A DNA stretch of 64,000 nucleotides from an uncultured Alphaproteobacteria bacterium (GCA_963740805.1 CAVUFL010000004.1:106966-170965), one strand, 5' to 3'; shown: positions 41,506-52,748, counted from the first letter of the stretch. Notes: a model not told the origin generated them from the sequence alone. A program made the numbers and translations.

Positions 41506-42714
41506 GTGAGCCGTCGAAAAGTCTGCGTTGTCATCAACAGCCGCGCCAATTACGGACGGATCAAAAGCTTTCTGCGCGCGGCCCAAAACCATCCAGGGCT
41601 GGAACTGCAACTGATCGCCGGCGCCTCGGCGCTGCTCTACCGCTTCGGCTCGGCGATCGACGTCATGCGCAAAGATGGCTTTGAGCCGGATGCCATCGTG
41701 CACTCAATCGTCGAGGGCGAGACACCGATCACCATGGCCAAGTCGGTCGGGCTCGCCACGATCGAGCTCGCCACCCAGTTCCAGGCTCTCGCGCCCGACG
41801 TCGTGCTGACAGTTGCCGATCGCTTCGAGACCATCGCCACTGCCATTGCGGCGAGCTACATGAACATTCCCGTCGCCCATACGCAGGGTGGGGAAGTCAC
41901 GGGCTCGATCGACGAGAATGTGCGTCACGCGATCACCAAGCTTTCGCATATTCATTTCCCGGCCACCGAGCGAGCGCGGGGCTTTCTCCTGCGCATGGGC
42001 GAACAACCGGACACGGTTTATCTCACCGGCTGCCCCTCGATCGACACTCTCACGGAGATCGACCTATCTCTCCCTCCGGACATTTTCCGCCGCTATCGGG
42101 GCGTTGGCGCTCAGCTCGATGCCTCGAAACCTTACATGATTGTCATGCAACATCCGGTGACCACCGAGTATGGCGACGGCCTCGCGCAGATCAACGCGAC
42201 GCTGGAGGCGGTTGACCGGATCGGCCCCAAAGGCATGCAGGTCATTTGGCTGTGGCCGAATGCCGATGCAGGTTCCGACGACGTTGCCAAGGGTTTGCGC
42301 ACTTTTCGCGAGCGGCGCAATCCCGACTATCTTTTGCTGATCCGCAATCTCGACGTGGAGGACTATGCGCGCGTCCTCAACAATACAGCCTGCATCGTTG
42401 GCAACACGTCGTCGGGCCTCCGCGAAGGCTCCTACCTCGGCACTCCCTGCGTCAATATCGGTAGCCGTCAGCGAGACCGGGAGCGGGCCTCGAACGTGAT
42501 TGATGTGCCGCACGATGCCGATGCCATTCATGCCGCCATCGAGCGTCAATTGTCGAACAGGCGCTATCCGCGGTCACTCATCTTTGGAGACGGACAGGCC
42601 GGGAAGCGAATTGCCGACATTCTCGCCACGGCACCGATCAGGCTCGAGAAAACTCTGAGCTATCTGACGCCAACGAGCAGTGCCTCTTCCAAAATGGCGA
42701 GAGGCCAGGAGTAA
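41506..42714 (+). CDS. neuC: hydrolysing UDP-N-acetylglucosamine 2-epimerase
   Basis: RKVCVVINSRANYG, ADRFET, HTQGGEVTGSIDENVRHAITKLSHIHF, WPNADAG, GNTSSG. Confidence 0.93.
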   Translation: MSRRKVCVVINSRANYGRIKSFLRAAQNHPGLELQLIAGASALLYRFGSAIDVMRKDGFEPDAIVHSIVEGETPITMAKSVGLATIELATQFQALAPDVVLTVADRFETIATAIAASYMNIPVAHTQGGEVTGSIDENVRHAITKLSHIHFPATERARGFLLRMGEQPDTVYLTGCPSIDTLTEIDLSLPPDIFRRYRGVGAQLDASKPYMIVMQHPVTTEYGDGLAQINATLEAVDRIGPKGMQVIWLWPNADAGSDDVAKGLRTFRERRNPDYLLLIRNLDVEDYARVLNNTACIVGNTSSGLREGSYLGTPCVNIGSRQRDRERASNVIDVPHDADAIHAAIERQLSNRRYPRSLIFGDGQAGKRIADILATAPIRLEKTLSYLTPTSSASSKMARGQE

Positions 42715-42725
42715 GGAGCGCCACG

Positions 42726-43451
42726 ATGACGCGTCTTCTCGCGATCATTCCTGCGCGCGCCGGCTCGAAAGGTGTTCCGGGAAAGAACAAGGCGCTGATC
42801 AAGGGGCGCCCGCTTGTCGACTACACCGTAGCGGCCCTCAGAGCGTCGTCCTGCGTGGACGGCATTCTGCTCACCACCGACGACGAGGACATTCTCCGGC
42901 TTTATGCTGATCGCAAGGATATCTTTCTCGTGCGCAGGCCCCCAGAGCTCGCGACCGACAGGGCTACCACGAGCACGGCCGTGGCGCATGCGCTTGCGGC
43001 TTGGGAGGCGGCCCGGCGAAGCAAGCCCGAGGCGATCTTCCTCGCCCAACCGACGACACCGTTACGAACCGCCGCCGACATCGATGCCGCCTACAAACGC
43101 TTCCTCGAGACCGGCGCCACCTCGCTCATCAGCGCCTGCCGGGTCGATGGCATGCGGCATCCGCGGGACATGTACCGCAAAAGCGCAAACGGTCGCGGCG
43201 AGCTGTTCATCCCCGACCCTCACGATCGCACCACTCGCCATGACTATGAGGAATTATATCAGCGCAACGGCGCTATCTACATGGTATCATTGAATTATTT
43301 TCGACGTGAGGGGAGGCTGCGGGATTTCACGCCAGTGATTTTCGAGATGCCTTGGGAGCGCTCGATCAACATCGATGGTCCGGGCGACCTCTTGATCGCC
43401 AAGGCGCTGATCGAGAGTGGGCTCCTGAATGGGGAACAGAATTCTGGATGA
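42726..43451 (+). CDS. neuA: acylneuraminate cytidylyltransferase
   Basis: AIIPARAGSKGVPGKN, RPPELATD, QPTTPLR, NGAIY, SINIDG. Confidence 0.93.
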   Translation: MTRLLAIIPARAGSKGVPGKNKALIKGRPLVDYTVAALRASSCVDGILLTTDDEDILRLYADRKDIFLVRRPPELATDRATTSTAVAHALAAWEAARRSKPEAIFLAQPTTPLRTAADIDAAYKRFLETGATSLISACRVDGMRHPRDMYRKSANGRGELFIPDPHDRTTRHDYEELYQRNGAIYMVSLNYFRREGRLRDFTPVIFEMPWERSINIDGPGDLLIAKALIESGLLNGEQNSG

Positions 43452-44401
43452 AGATTGTTGTTACGGAGCCGCTCCACATGGCCGAAGAGGTGAAGCGATC
43501 TCTAGCCACGCACGGCACCGTGGTCTACGGCCCCTTTGACGACGCGGCGCTCTCGACCGAACTTGCCGATTGTCAAGTGTTGATGATCCGGCTCGGCCGC
43601 TATTTGGGCGAGAGGCTCATGCAAATGGCGCCAAACCTCCAGTATATCGTGACGACAACCACCGGTCTCGATCACGTCGATCTCGACGCCGCGAAGAAGA
43701 GAGGCGTGCGTGTCGTGAGCCTCAGAGACTGCATGCACGCCATCGCCGATGTTTCGGCAACCGCGGAACACACACTCGGACTGTTGCTGGCACTCGTGCG
43801 CCGAACGGTTCCGGCCGCGGCGCATGTGCTCGACGGTGGCTGGGAGCGTGATCGCTTTTTCGGAACCCAAATTCGGGGCAAGCGGCTCGGGATCGTTGGC
43901 TATGGGCGCATCGGGGGCCTGGTCGCCCAATATGCCTCGACGCTCGGCATGGAGGTGATTGCGTATGACCGCGGCGGCCCGACGAAGATCGCGCCGCCCG
44001 CCAAGGCGGTGCCTCTTGAGAGGCTGCTTGCAGAATGCGAGTTCGTATCAATTCACGTTACTGCCGACGCGGCGAACCGCCATCTTATCGACCGCGACGC
44101 GATCGCCCACATGCGGCCGGGAGCATTCCTCGTCAATACAGCCCGCGGATCGATTGTCGATGAAGCGGCCTTGGCGGAGGCTGTCTCCTCGGGCCGCATC
44201 GCCGGCGTTGCCGTCGATGTGCTGGATGGGGAGGAGAGGGGAGACATCGCGGCAAGTCCGCTCCTTGCCTGTGCGCGGGCCGGGCACAACGTTCTCATCA
44301 CGCCCCATATCGGCGGTGCGACCCATGAAGCCATCGCGCGAACCGAGAAGGCCGTGGTTGACGTGCTGGCCAAGCTTCTCGAGCAAGAAGCACGCCCATG
44401 A
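43448..44401 (+). CDS. D-isomer-specific 2-hydroxyacid dehydrogenase
   Basis: TTGLDHVD, TAEHT, GIVGYGRIG, NTARGSIVDE, ITPHIGGAT. Confidence 0.92.
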   Translation: MKIVVTEPLHMAEEVKRSLATHGTVVYGPFDDAALSTELADCQVLMIRLGRYLGERLMQMAPNLQYIVTTTTGLDHVDLDAAKKRGVRVVSLRDCMHAIADVSATAEHTLGLLLALVRRTVPAAAHVLDGGWERDRFFGTQIRGKRLGIVGYGRIGGLVAQYASTLGMEVIAYDRGGPTKIAPPAKAVPLERLLAECEFVSIHVTADAANRHLIDRDAIAHMRPGAFLVNTARGSIVDEAALAEAVSSGRIAGVAVDVLDGEERGDIAASPLLACARAGHNVLITPHIGGATHEAIARTEKAVVDVLAKLLEQEARP

Positions 44402-45361
44402 CCGCGCTCATCGACTCTGACCTCCTCGTGCATATTGGGCTGCACAAGACTGCAACGTCCTGGTTGCAGGAGAATTTGTTCACGCGAACAGAACTCGGCT
44501 TCTATGGCCCGGCCGAGAGCAAGAAGCGGCGTGCGCTGGTCAAGAACGTGGGACACTTCCTCGTCGCCGATGAGAGCGAACACCTGATCAACGAATGGGA
44601 GTTCGATGCAGGTGCGGTAAGAGCCTCGTTGGCGAACCTCGAGGCAAGGGAGGGAATTTGGCCCGTCGTTAGCTATGAGAGGCTAAGCGGCCATCCGCTC
44701 TCCAACGGCTTCGACCGGCAAATGATTTGCCACCGCATCAAAGCAGTCTTCCCGAAGGCGCGGATCTTGATTTGCATTCGCGAGCAGGGCGCGATCATTC
44801 TCTCAAACTACATGCAATATTTGCGCAACGGCGGCTGGAACACGCCGGAAGCCTTTCTGAATCATCGTCCAGATGGCCGCCAGCCGACAACCACGTTGAA
44901 GTTCTGGGAATATCACACACTCGTTTCAATGTATTACAACGTCTTCGGAAGAAACTCCGTGCTCGTCCTGCCTTATGAGCTCTTCGCCCGTGAGCCGCAC
45001 TCCTACATCAGACAGATCAGCGATTTCGTGGGTCTGCCGACGCCGAATGATCTCCCGGTCAAGCAAATCGTGAAATCTCAGACGGGCGCATGTCAGCAGC
45101 TACTATTTCCGCCTGCTCACTCCCCTGGGACGGAGCACATCAGCGAATGGGCACTTTCCGTCGTCGAAGACCGGAAAGGCCCTCAACCACTGCGTCAAGA
45201 GTTTTTTGGACAGGGCCGTGCCGAAGTCGTGGGAGGAGAGCACCAGAAAAAATCTCGAGCGTCGTGTGGAGCAATGCGTCGGCGACCATTACCGGGCAAG
45301 CAACAGAGCGACGCAGCGGCTAACCGGCCTTGATCTTGAAGCTCTCGGCTACCTCGTTTGA
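44398..45361 (+). CDS. sulfotransferase-like protein (frameshift ~45073)
   Basis: HIGLHKTATSWLQ PAPS loop; SYERLSG; KILICIRE-like strand; alternate frame ends YRASNRATQRLTGLDLEALGYLV*. Confidence 0.78.
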
Positions 45362-45564
45362 CGCTCGTTGCCGCGCGCCGATCCCTGACGTTGCGAGGCC
45401 CGCGGCTGTGTGCTATTGCATTCTTGAATGCTGTCAAACTCTCGCTCATGCGGCGACCCTATGACAGTGACGGCTCTGGATATAAACTGCCTCCCAGGGG
45501 GCTTCGAACGGGGTCCCTCGACGATCTCTCTCAATACGAGCCAAGCGATTCTCCTCGACGTTCC

Positions 45565-46458
45565 ATGCGTTCTGACAAACCGATCTTTATCGGCGGCATG
45601 TTCAAGTCCGGCACCTCGCTGCTGCGAGCCATGCTCGGCAATCATTCGCGGCTCTTCGCTGGACTCGAGACGCAATGGCTCAACGAAGATTGGGGCAGCG
45701 CCAGTCAAACCCCCCGCCGGCAATGGTTCGACCGCCTCTCTATTTTTTTCGAGGCCCCACTGCACGAGCTTGAAAGGGCTTGCGGCGATGCCGCTGACGT
45801 CGAGACCTCTCTCGACCGGCTTCTCACGTTTCTCGCCCTGCGCGCGGGCAAGGTACGCTGGATAGAAAAGACCCCCGGCAATGCCGGCGCCATCGAGCGC
45901 ATTTTGGCGTACTGGCCGCAGGCCACTATTCTTCACATCACTCGCGACCCGCGCGACGTCTATGCCTCCATGATCGAAAGCCGGAAATGGACGAAGCCCG
46001 CCGACTTTGCTTCACGATGGACCGGGACCGTCGCCGCGGCGCGACGTTGGCTCGCGGCTCAGGGCGGCAAACACCCAGCCTATTATGAGCTGCGTTACGA
46101 GCGGCTGGTCGAAGACCCACGGGGAGAAACGCGCAAAGTTCTGGAGTTTCTCGACGAGCCCTTCGAAGCCAAGGTCGCCGACTTCCCGGGGCAGGCGGAA
46201 GACTTCGACCGCGTCCGCAAGGCGACCGGCAAAGAAAGCCCAACCCTGCAGCGGCTCGCTCAGCCGATTTCCACCACGCGGATCGGTGTTTGGAAGGACG
46301 TCGTTGCACCGGAACAGTGGGAGTTTGTGTACGCCGCGTTGGCTTGCGCTGGAAACCGGGAGTTAGTAGAGGAGCTGATCGCCGGAACAGAGAGAATCAG
46401 TGCAAAGGGGACCGAAAAGCTGGGCCGTGAGAGCGCGGTGCAGGCGGATCGAGTATGA
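45565..46458 (+). CDS. sulfotransferase
   Basis: PIFIGGMFKSGTSLLRAMLGNH, WIEKTP, ITRDPRDVYAS, LRYERLV. Confidence 0.9.
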   Translation: MRSDKPIFIGGMFKSGTSLLRAMLGNHSRLFAGLETQWLNEDWGSASQTPRRQWFDRLSIFFEAPLHELERACGDAADVETSLDRLLTFLALRAGKVRWIEKTPGNAGAIERILAYWPQATILHITRDPRDVYASMIESRKWTKPADFASRWTGTVAAARRWLAAQGGKHPAYYELRYERLVEDPRGETRKVLEFLDEPFEAKVADFPGQAEDFDRVRKATGKESPTLQRLAQPISTTRIGVWKDVVAPEQWEFVYAALACAGNRELVEELIAGTERISAKGTEKLGRESAVQADRV

Positions 46459-47441
46459 AGCCAATTATGTATCACTACGTGCGGCCAAGCGCGCCGGGGC
46501 TGCCGCATTTTCCCTTTCTCCGTCTCGCCGACTTCGAGCGTCAGCTCGACTGCTTTGCCCAGACCTATGGCTGCGTCAGCCGCGCCGGTTTCCTCGATTG
46601 GGTGGAAGGCGGTGTGGCGCCTGAAGGTGTGCTGCTGACCTTCGACGACGGACTTCGCGATCACCTGGACTTCGTCGTTCCCGCCTTGCGCCAGCGAGGA
46701 TTCTTCGCAATCTTCTACATTCCGTCTGCGCCGATCCTGCGCGGGACCCTTCTGGATGTGCATAAAGTGCATTTGGCCTTAGGTCGCCTCGGCGGCCCGG
46801 CGGCGCTCGCCTGGATCAAGGACAAGGCGCCCAATCTCGTATCGTCCGATCTGGAGGAGCCGGCAAGCCATTACGCGGCGCAGAAGTCCGACCGTGCGAC
46901 CAAACTCGTCAAGGAACTCTTCAATTGGCGGCTGCCAGCGGAGGATCGCGCTCCGCTCCTCGATGGACTGCTCGATCATGCTTTCGCCGGTGCGCCTCCG
47001 GCCTGGAACGAGATCTATCTCGATAGAGAAGACCTTCGCGCCCTGAGAGAGGCCGGTATGAGCGTTGGCCCGCATGGCCACAGGCACCTTGTGTCGGGTC
47101 TGCTATCGGCAGAGGAAGAGTGGATGGAAATTGAAACCTCGTGCGCCTTTATCCAAGAGACTGGATCGAGCCTCGCTTGGGGCTACTGCTACCCCTACGG
47201 GGACTTCAGCGAGCGTACGGAAGCGATGATGGCGAAGGCTCAGTGTCCCTTCGCGCTGGCGGTGAGAGCCGGCGACATTACGGACCGCATGGGCGAATCG
47301 CGCCGCTACGCCCTACCGCGGCACAACTGCAATACGTTTCCGCACGGTGCGGCCTCATTTGGGGAGCTTACTGAAGCCGAGTTGCTTTTGGCTGCTAACC
47401 GGGCACCAGAACCTTTTCCTCCGGAGTTGGGCCGCGTATAA
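46455..47441 (+). CDS. polysaccharide deacetylase (CE4)
   Basis: IMYHYVR, LLTFDDG, GPHGHRH, YCYPYG, LPR. Confidence 0.88.
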   Translation: MKPIMYHYVRPSAPGLPHFPFLRLADFERQLDCFAQTYGCVSRAGFLDWVEGGVAPEGVLLTFDDGLRDHLDFVVPALRQRGFFAIFYIPSAPILRGTLLDVHKVHLALGRLGGPAALAWIKDKAPNLVSSDLEEPASHYAAQKSDRATKLVKELFNWRLPAEDRAPLLDGLLDHAFAGAPPAWNEIYLDREDLRALREAGMSVGPHGHRHLVSGLLSAEEEWMEIETSCAFIQETGSSLAWGYCYPYGDFSERTEAMMAKAQCPFALAVRAGDITDRMGESRRYALPRHNCNTFPHGAASFGELTEAELLLAANRAPEPFPPELGRV

Positions 47442-47486
47442 ACTGCCAAGAGCGCGCTGACGGAGCGCGGGGACGCCGAGGAGCCC

Positions 47487-48849
47487 ATGACTTCCGATCG
47501 TTTGCTCTATATTCCGGTTGAGACCAAGGCGCGCGAGTTCTTGGGCAAGACTTTCCTCGCGGCGCGGGCGGCGGAGCGCGGCTGGATTGCCGTCATCGGC
47601 GAAGGAAACGAGCTCCGCGAGTACATGCGGGATCAACCGCGCGGCGCTTACATCGAAATTGGTGTTCCGGAGAAAAAGGCGAAGCGTCTGCAGGAACTCT
47701 ACAGCGCGGGACACCGCATCGCGAATATGTGCGAGGAGGGTCTCGTTTACGCTGACGGGTGCGATTACTGCGAACGGAAGCTGGGCCGCAGCTGCATGGC
47801 TTGGACAGACCGCTTGCTCGTGGTGGGCCGAAGAAATGCCGACCACATCCGAGCTAACTTGCCGGAGTTTGCAGATAAACTCGCCATCACGGGTAATCCG
47901 CGCTTCGACACCCTCTTATCGGGGCCACGCAGCGTTTACAGGCGGGATGCCGAGGCGCTCCAGAAAGAGTTCGGGCGATTCCTCCTGGTAAACACAAATT
48001 TCACCCGCGCCAATCCTTACGGCGGAGCGGGCGCGCGGAACGCAGACCCGCTGGCCAATCTGGTCAAGAGGGGCATGATCTCGAGCCGCGCCCATGAGCA
48101 ATTCTATCGCCGGTTCATCGAGTATCAGACGCGGTTGATGAAAAGCTTTCAGGACTTCCTGCAGAAGATCGCAAAGTCGGGGCTCGTCGAACGGATCATC
48201 ATACGACCGCATCCCGTCGAGAATCATGAGCTCTTGGCGGGATTGGGCTCGACCTCTGAACATCGACGTTCGCTACGAAGGAAGTGCGATCGAGTGGATG
48301 TTCGCAGCCGACGCGTTGTTGCATCCCGGCTGCACGACGGCGATCGAAGGCTTGATGCTGGAGCGCCCAATCTTCTCCTATGTGCCAGAGCGTGACAGCG
48401 AGTTTGTCAATCCGGCGGACGAGATCAGCGAGCAGGTCGAGAGCGCCGAAGATGTCCTGGAGCGGCTTGCAGAAGTTCGTGATCAAGATGCGGCTGCCTT
48501 GCGTGCTCGCTTCGCCGCACAACGCGAGAAGCTGGCGTACTTCGTCGCAAATGTGCAGGCACCCTATGCGGCCGACCGCATTCTCGATGAGCTCGAGACG
48601 CTCGATCTGCCGCAGCTCGCTGGAAAACCTGGCGGCGGGAGAAAAAAGGGTCTCCTGTCTGAATTCCGCTGGCGCTTTCGGAGGTGGCGAAGAAATGATC
48701 AAGAGCGCATCGAACGCCGCCGGCAGAAATTCCCGAGCGTGACGGCTGAAGAGGCGAGGCTTGCGGTGGGAAGCTGGGTCGAGGCGGGTATTTTCGAGGA
48801 GTTGCCGCGCGTCGATAAGGTTGGTGAGCGGCTTCTGATGTTTCACTAG
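47487..48849 (+). CDS. surface carbohydrate biosynthesis protein (LIC13510-like), frameshift ~48234
   Basis: YIPVETKAREF, EEGL, ITGNPRFD, LVNTNF, IIRPHPVEN; continues WRDW...ADALLHPGCTTAIEG. Confidence 0.78.
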
Positions 48850-49009
48850 AGCCCGTGTCTTGTTATGGTGTCCCGGCGCGAATGCCTTGCAGATTCTCTG
48901 ATTTCTCTGGAAAAGAACCAACTCGACAATCGTAACGAGACTCCCGATGGGCGCGTTGATATTCTAGTGGCTGTCGGGTCGGGCGATCGGGGTAGTCTAT
49001 GCCCGTGAT

Positions 49010-49798
49010 TTGATCGGGGTGGTCGATGCCGTGATTTCTCTCATTAGAAGACGTGTTGCCAAGAGCGTAACCAGGCTTATGCGGGCCCCGCTTGGTTTGG
49101 GCCTTGCAAAACCGCAAGTTCGCCGGCTCGATGAAGACTACTATATCCATTTTTTTCATATTGGGAGATGCGCTGGCACCACGATAAAAGCATTCATCGA
49201 ACGTGCTAATCAACAGTCCCAGGCATATTCGATAATAGCCCACGAACATAAGATCAGCCTTTCTGATATTCCGCCGAGTGCCCGGTATTTCTTTTCGATA
49301 CGAGATCCTATTGGGCGTTTTTACAGCGCGTTTTATTGGAGGAAAAACAGAAGAGATCAGCTTGATGATCTGTCCCGGCCTGACTCTTATTCAGAGCAAG
49401 AAGGAAGGGTGTTTTCTCAGTTTAAGGACGCGAACGGCCTTGCCGAAAGTCTTTTCGCGAGTAATGCCGTAGGGATCAATGCCTTCGCAGCGATGCAGCA
49501 GATCAAGCATATCAATCGGCCGCAGCATTCCTGGTTTTCCAATTTAGAGGAGGTGTTAACGGTAAGACCACCGCTATGCATTGTAAGACTTGATAAGATG
49601 CAGGAGGACTTGAAGTTTCTCGCGTCAAAATTAGCTGTCGTACCGGCCGAACTGCCGGAGAGATACCATCAGAACAGCTACTCCGATACGCCTCCACTAA
49701 GCCCCCGCGCAATCGATAATCTTAGGAGATGGTATGCGGCCGATATACATTTTTACGAATTGGCCGACTCCTGGGCGGAGCTGAATCAAGGGAAATAG
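49010..49798 (+). CDS. sulfotransferase family 2-like protein (AT-richer gene; start uncertain)
   Basis: HFFHIGRCAGTTIK, FSIRDPIGRFYSAFYW, WYAADIHFYE. Confidence 0.75.
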   Translation: MIGVVDAVISLIRRRVAKSVTRLMRAPLGLGLAKPQVRRLDEDYYIHFFHIGRCAGTTIKAFIERANQQSQAYSIIAHEHKISLSDIPPSARYFFSIRDPIGRFYSAFYWRKNRRDQLDDLSRPDSYSEQEGRVFSQFKDANGLAESLFASNAVGINAFAAMQQIKHINRPQHSWFSNLEEVLTVRPPLCIVRLDKMQEDLKFLASKLAVVPAELPERYHQNSYSDTPPLSPRAIDNLRRWYAADIHFYELADSWAELNQGK

Positions 49799-49889
49799 AT
49801 CGGACCGAGCGCGCCTCGTGCACCGCTTCTGGTCGCGGCCGGACAAGCTCGTTGCAGGGAAGCAATGAGAACATCAGCTGATCGCTTAA

Positions 49890-50693
49890 GCCGCGGCCGG
49901 CTACATAGCCATGTCGGGTCAGATCGTGGACGCGAGCCTCGTCGCCGCGCCGAAGCAGCGCAACACTGATGCCGAGAAGGCGGACATCAAGGCTGGCCGC
50001 ATCCCGCAGAGCTGGATCAACAACCCGGCAAGGCTGCGTCAGAAGGACCGCGATGCACGCTGGACGGTGAAGTTCTCGAAAGCCAAGCCCCGCGCCGACG
50101 GGACAACGCCGGTGGACATCGCCATTCCGACCTTCGGCTATCAGAATCACATCTCCACCGATCGCCGCCATGGACTGATCCGCAAATGGGCGGTGACCGA
50201 CGCGGCTGCCTATGAGGGCCGCATGCTGCGCCACGGGCTTCTCGACAAGAGCAATACCGGTTCAGCCGTGTGGGCCGACACAGGCTACCGCTCGCAGAAG
50301 AACGAGGCGTTCCTGGTACGGAACGGCTTTACCAGCCAGATCCATCGCAAGAAGCCCGTCGGTCGCCCGATGCCGACGCCAATCCGTCGCGCCAATGGTC
50401 GCAAGTCTGCCGTGCGTGCCCGCATCGAGCACGTCTTCGCCGAGCAGAAGGACAGAATGGGCCTCTTCATCCGCACCATCGGACTCGCTCGCGCGAGACT
50501 CAAGATCGGGCTCGCCAATCTCGTCTACAACATGAAGCGCTTCATTTGGTTGGAGAGAACTGCGGCGATGACATAGAGGGGACCGCAGACCCTCTCCCAC
50601 TACCATCAAACGGCGCCAACGTCCCGCAAGGATCCCAAAATCCCTCACTCACCCGCCCCAGCGCCCCGCACACAGGGGTAAATCGAGGTGTCC
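49890..50693 (+). mobile_element. 5'-truncated IS5-family insertion sequence (transposase remnant 49911-50576)
   Basis: GYIAMSGQIVDASLV, KDRDARWTVK, FGYQNH, WADTGY, RARIEHVF, NLVYNMKR; right end AATCGAGGTGTCC at ~50681-50693; N-terminal third and left IR not found. Confidence 0.88.
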
Positions 50694-50888
50694 AGCTCCC
50701 TTCGCCGCAAGTCACCCTTAAGCAGGTCGTATCGACCCCGCGACCTTTTGGGATCATGGGTCGCGACGGGCGGCCCTGGGCAGGCTCGAAATCAAAGTCA
50801 CACGAGGTGCACCCCCCTGTACTCGGGGCGCTCATTGACAACCCCAAGGCCGCGTCTGATTATCCCGGCTCCAGAGGGAGGATCGGCA

Positions 50889-51767
50889 ATGGGAAGTGTC
50901 ATTTCCGGCTACGCCGAAAGGGCGCGCCGTCAGACGGTGCGCTTCATGAAGGTTGCGACGCGCTACCCCCTTGAGCGCGAAGCCCGCCGCCTCATGAACG
51001 AGTTGGGCTGGCCGCAAAGTTCCGAGCTTCGCGTGCCGGTCGAGACTGGATATGTCCGCTTCAATGCCGCCGCGCTTCCCGGCATGGGAGAAGCCATCGC
51101 ACGCCTGCGGGCGCTCGGCACGGCCTGGGCCGCCGATGAGTCGCGCTGGGTCAATCAGAAGAATTGGCCGAAGAAATTGGCGACCAGCCAGGATCTGCTC
51201 GACCACCCGGAGATTATCGATGCAGCCTTGAATACGCACCTGCTTCGGGCTGCGGCAGCCTATTACGGCCAGGTGCCGCGACTCTATCGCGTGGCGGTTT
51301 GGTGGTCGCCGCCGAACGACACCCTCAAAGGCAGTCAGCTGTTCCACTATGACGGGCTCGACAGCCGGCAGGCGAAGGCCTTCGTCAATCTTATGGACAT
51401 CACGCCCGCAGCCGGGCCGCTCTATTTCCTTGACGCTCGGCAGTCGGCGATCTTTGACGCCGAAGTCGGCTATTCGAAGGAACGCATTGCAGACGAGGAT
51501 GTGTTTTCCGTGTTCAAACCTGAGGATTTGCACTGCGCGGCAGGGCCCGCCGGAGAAGGCTTGATCCTCGACACCGGATGCTGCCTCCATTATGGGAGCC
51601 GCCGCAACAGCGAAGGCCGATTGATTTTCATGATCAATTATTCACGCGTGAATTGCATCGACCCTGGCAAAGGATGTCCGATTCTCGATCCGGTTCGCGA
51701 AGAGATTGCCCGCATCCGCTATGCTGACGATCCGGTGCGCAGTTACGCGCTGACGGCGCCGACTTAG
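50889..51767 (+). CDS. 2OG-Fe(II) dioxygenase-like (PhyH-like) protein
   Basis: SQLFHYD (HxD), AGPLYF, GPAGEGLILDTGCCLHYGS...R; RBS GGAGG. Confidence 0.75.
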   Translation: MGSVISGYAERARRQTVRFMKVATRYPLEREARRLMNELGWPQSSELRVPVETGYVRFNAAALPGMGEAIARLRALGTAWAADESRWVNQKNWPKKLATSQDLLDHPEIIDAALNTHLLRAAAAYYGQVPRLYRVAVWWSPPNDTLKGSQLFHYDGLDSRQAKAFVNLMDITPAAGPLYFLDARQSAIFDAEVGYSKERIADEDVFSVFKPEDLHCAAGPAGEGLILDTGCCLHYGSRRNSEGRLIFMINYSRVNCIDPGKGCPILDPVREEIARIRYADDPVRSYALTAPT

Positions 51768-51914
51768 GCGTCGGCGGGCTCAGACAGACGCTTTCCGGGC
51801 GCCCAAAAAGAATTGCTTTTTCCGCGTTTTGCCCTCAGCTTCGTGCTAGGGCTAGCGGCTGTCCGGACCCTCCGGACAGGGACTACGGGTTCGATGCCGC
51901 TGAGGGGTGCTCCC

Positions 51915-52748
51915 GTGACAGGCAGAGTTTTCTTCCATATCGGCCTGCACAAGACGGCGACGACTTGGTTTCAGCGTCAGCTATTTCCGAGCTTGGCCGG
52001 GATCCGCTACCGCAGGTCAAAGCGGATCAAAGAGACCGTTGCAAGGCACGGCAACGGATCGATACTCCTCATTTCGCACGAGTCATTGAGCGGGACGCTC
52101 GCAAGCGACAAGCAGCCTGGCGACTACAAGGAGCGTCTCGCGCAATCGCTTGCAGAGATTTCTGCGATCAAACGTGACGCCGCCATCATCGTCGGTTTCC
52201 GCGAGCATGCCTCCTGGCTTGGGGCTGCCCACGCGCACAAAGCCAAAAAGGAGGACGTGGACTTTGAGCATTATGTGGGGACCTTCTCGGTGGAGGATCT
52301 CTCTTGGTGCCGCTCGCTTGACCTGATCGAGAGCACCTCGGGCTCGGTATTCCCCTTCTTCTACGAGGAGCTCCAGTCGGCTCCGGAATTGCTGATCGAA
52401 GATTTGTGCCGCTTCCTTGGCACGAGGCCGCCAGCGAACCTGAGCGAGGTCCTGACACGACGCGAAAACCCGTCTCCGCGGAGCCTTGCGGGGCAACTGG
52501 TTTCGCGTCCTTTCTTTCAGATTTCCTACGCATTGGATCGGCTGCCGGGCGTAAAGACAAAGGGCTTGCGGGAGTTCGGCGCCAGGCTTGGCGCCAGATT
52601 TGACGACGACGAGCGGGGCAAAATCGCTCTCGATTCCGATCTCGCCGGCGCGCTGAAGCAAGACTGGGATGCCATCCTCGAACGCACTGGGCGTTGCCGG
52701 GGACGCGACGTTTCGAACTTATCGACAAAAGGACGAACGGCGGATTGA
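51915..52748 (+). CDS. sulfotransferase-like protein
   Basis: FFHIGLHKTATTWFQ, ISHESLSG, YEEL; paralog of 44398-45361. Confidence 0.75.
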   Translation: MTGRVFFHIGLHKTATTWFQRQLFPSLAGIRYRRSKRIKETVARHGNGSILLISHESLSGTLASDKQPGDYKERLAQSLAEISAIKRDAAIIVGFREHASWLGAAHAHKAKKEDVDFEHYVGTFSVEDLSWCRSLDLIESTSGSVFPFFYEELQSAPELLIEDLCRFLGTRPPANLSEVLTRRENPSPRSLAGQLVSRPFFQISYALDRLPGVKTKGLREFGARLGARFDDDERGKIALDSDLAGALKQDWDAILERTGRCRGRDVSNLSTKGRTAD

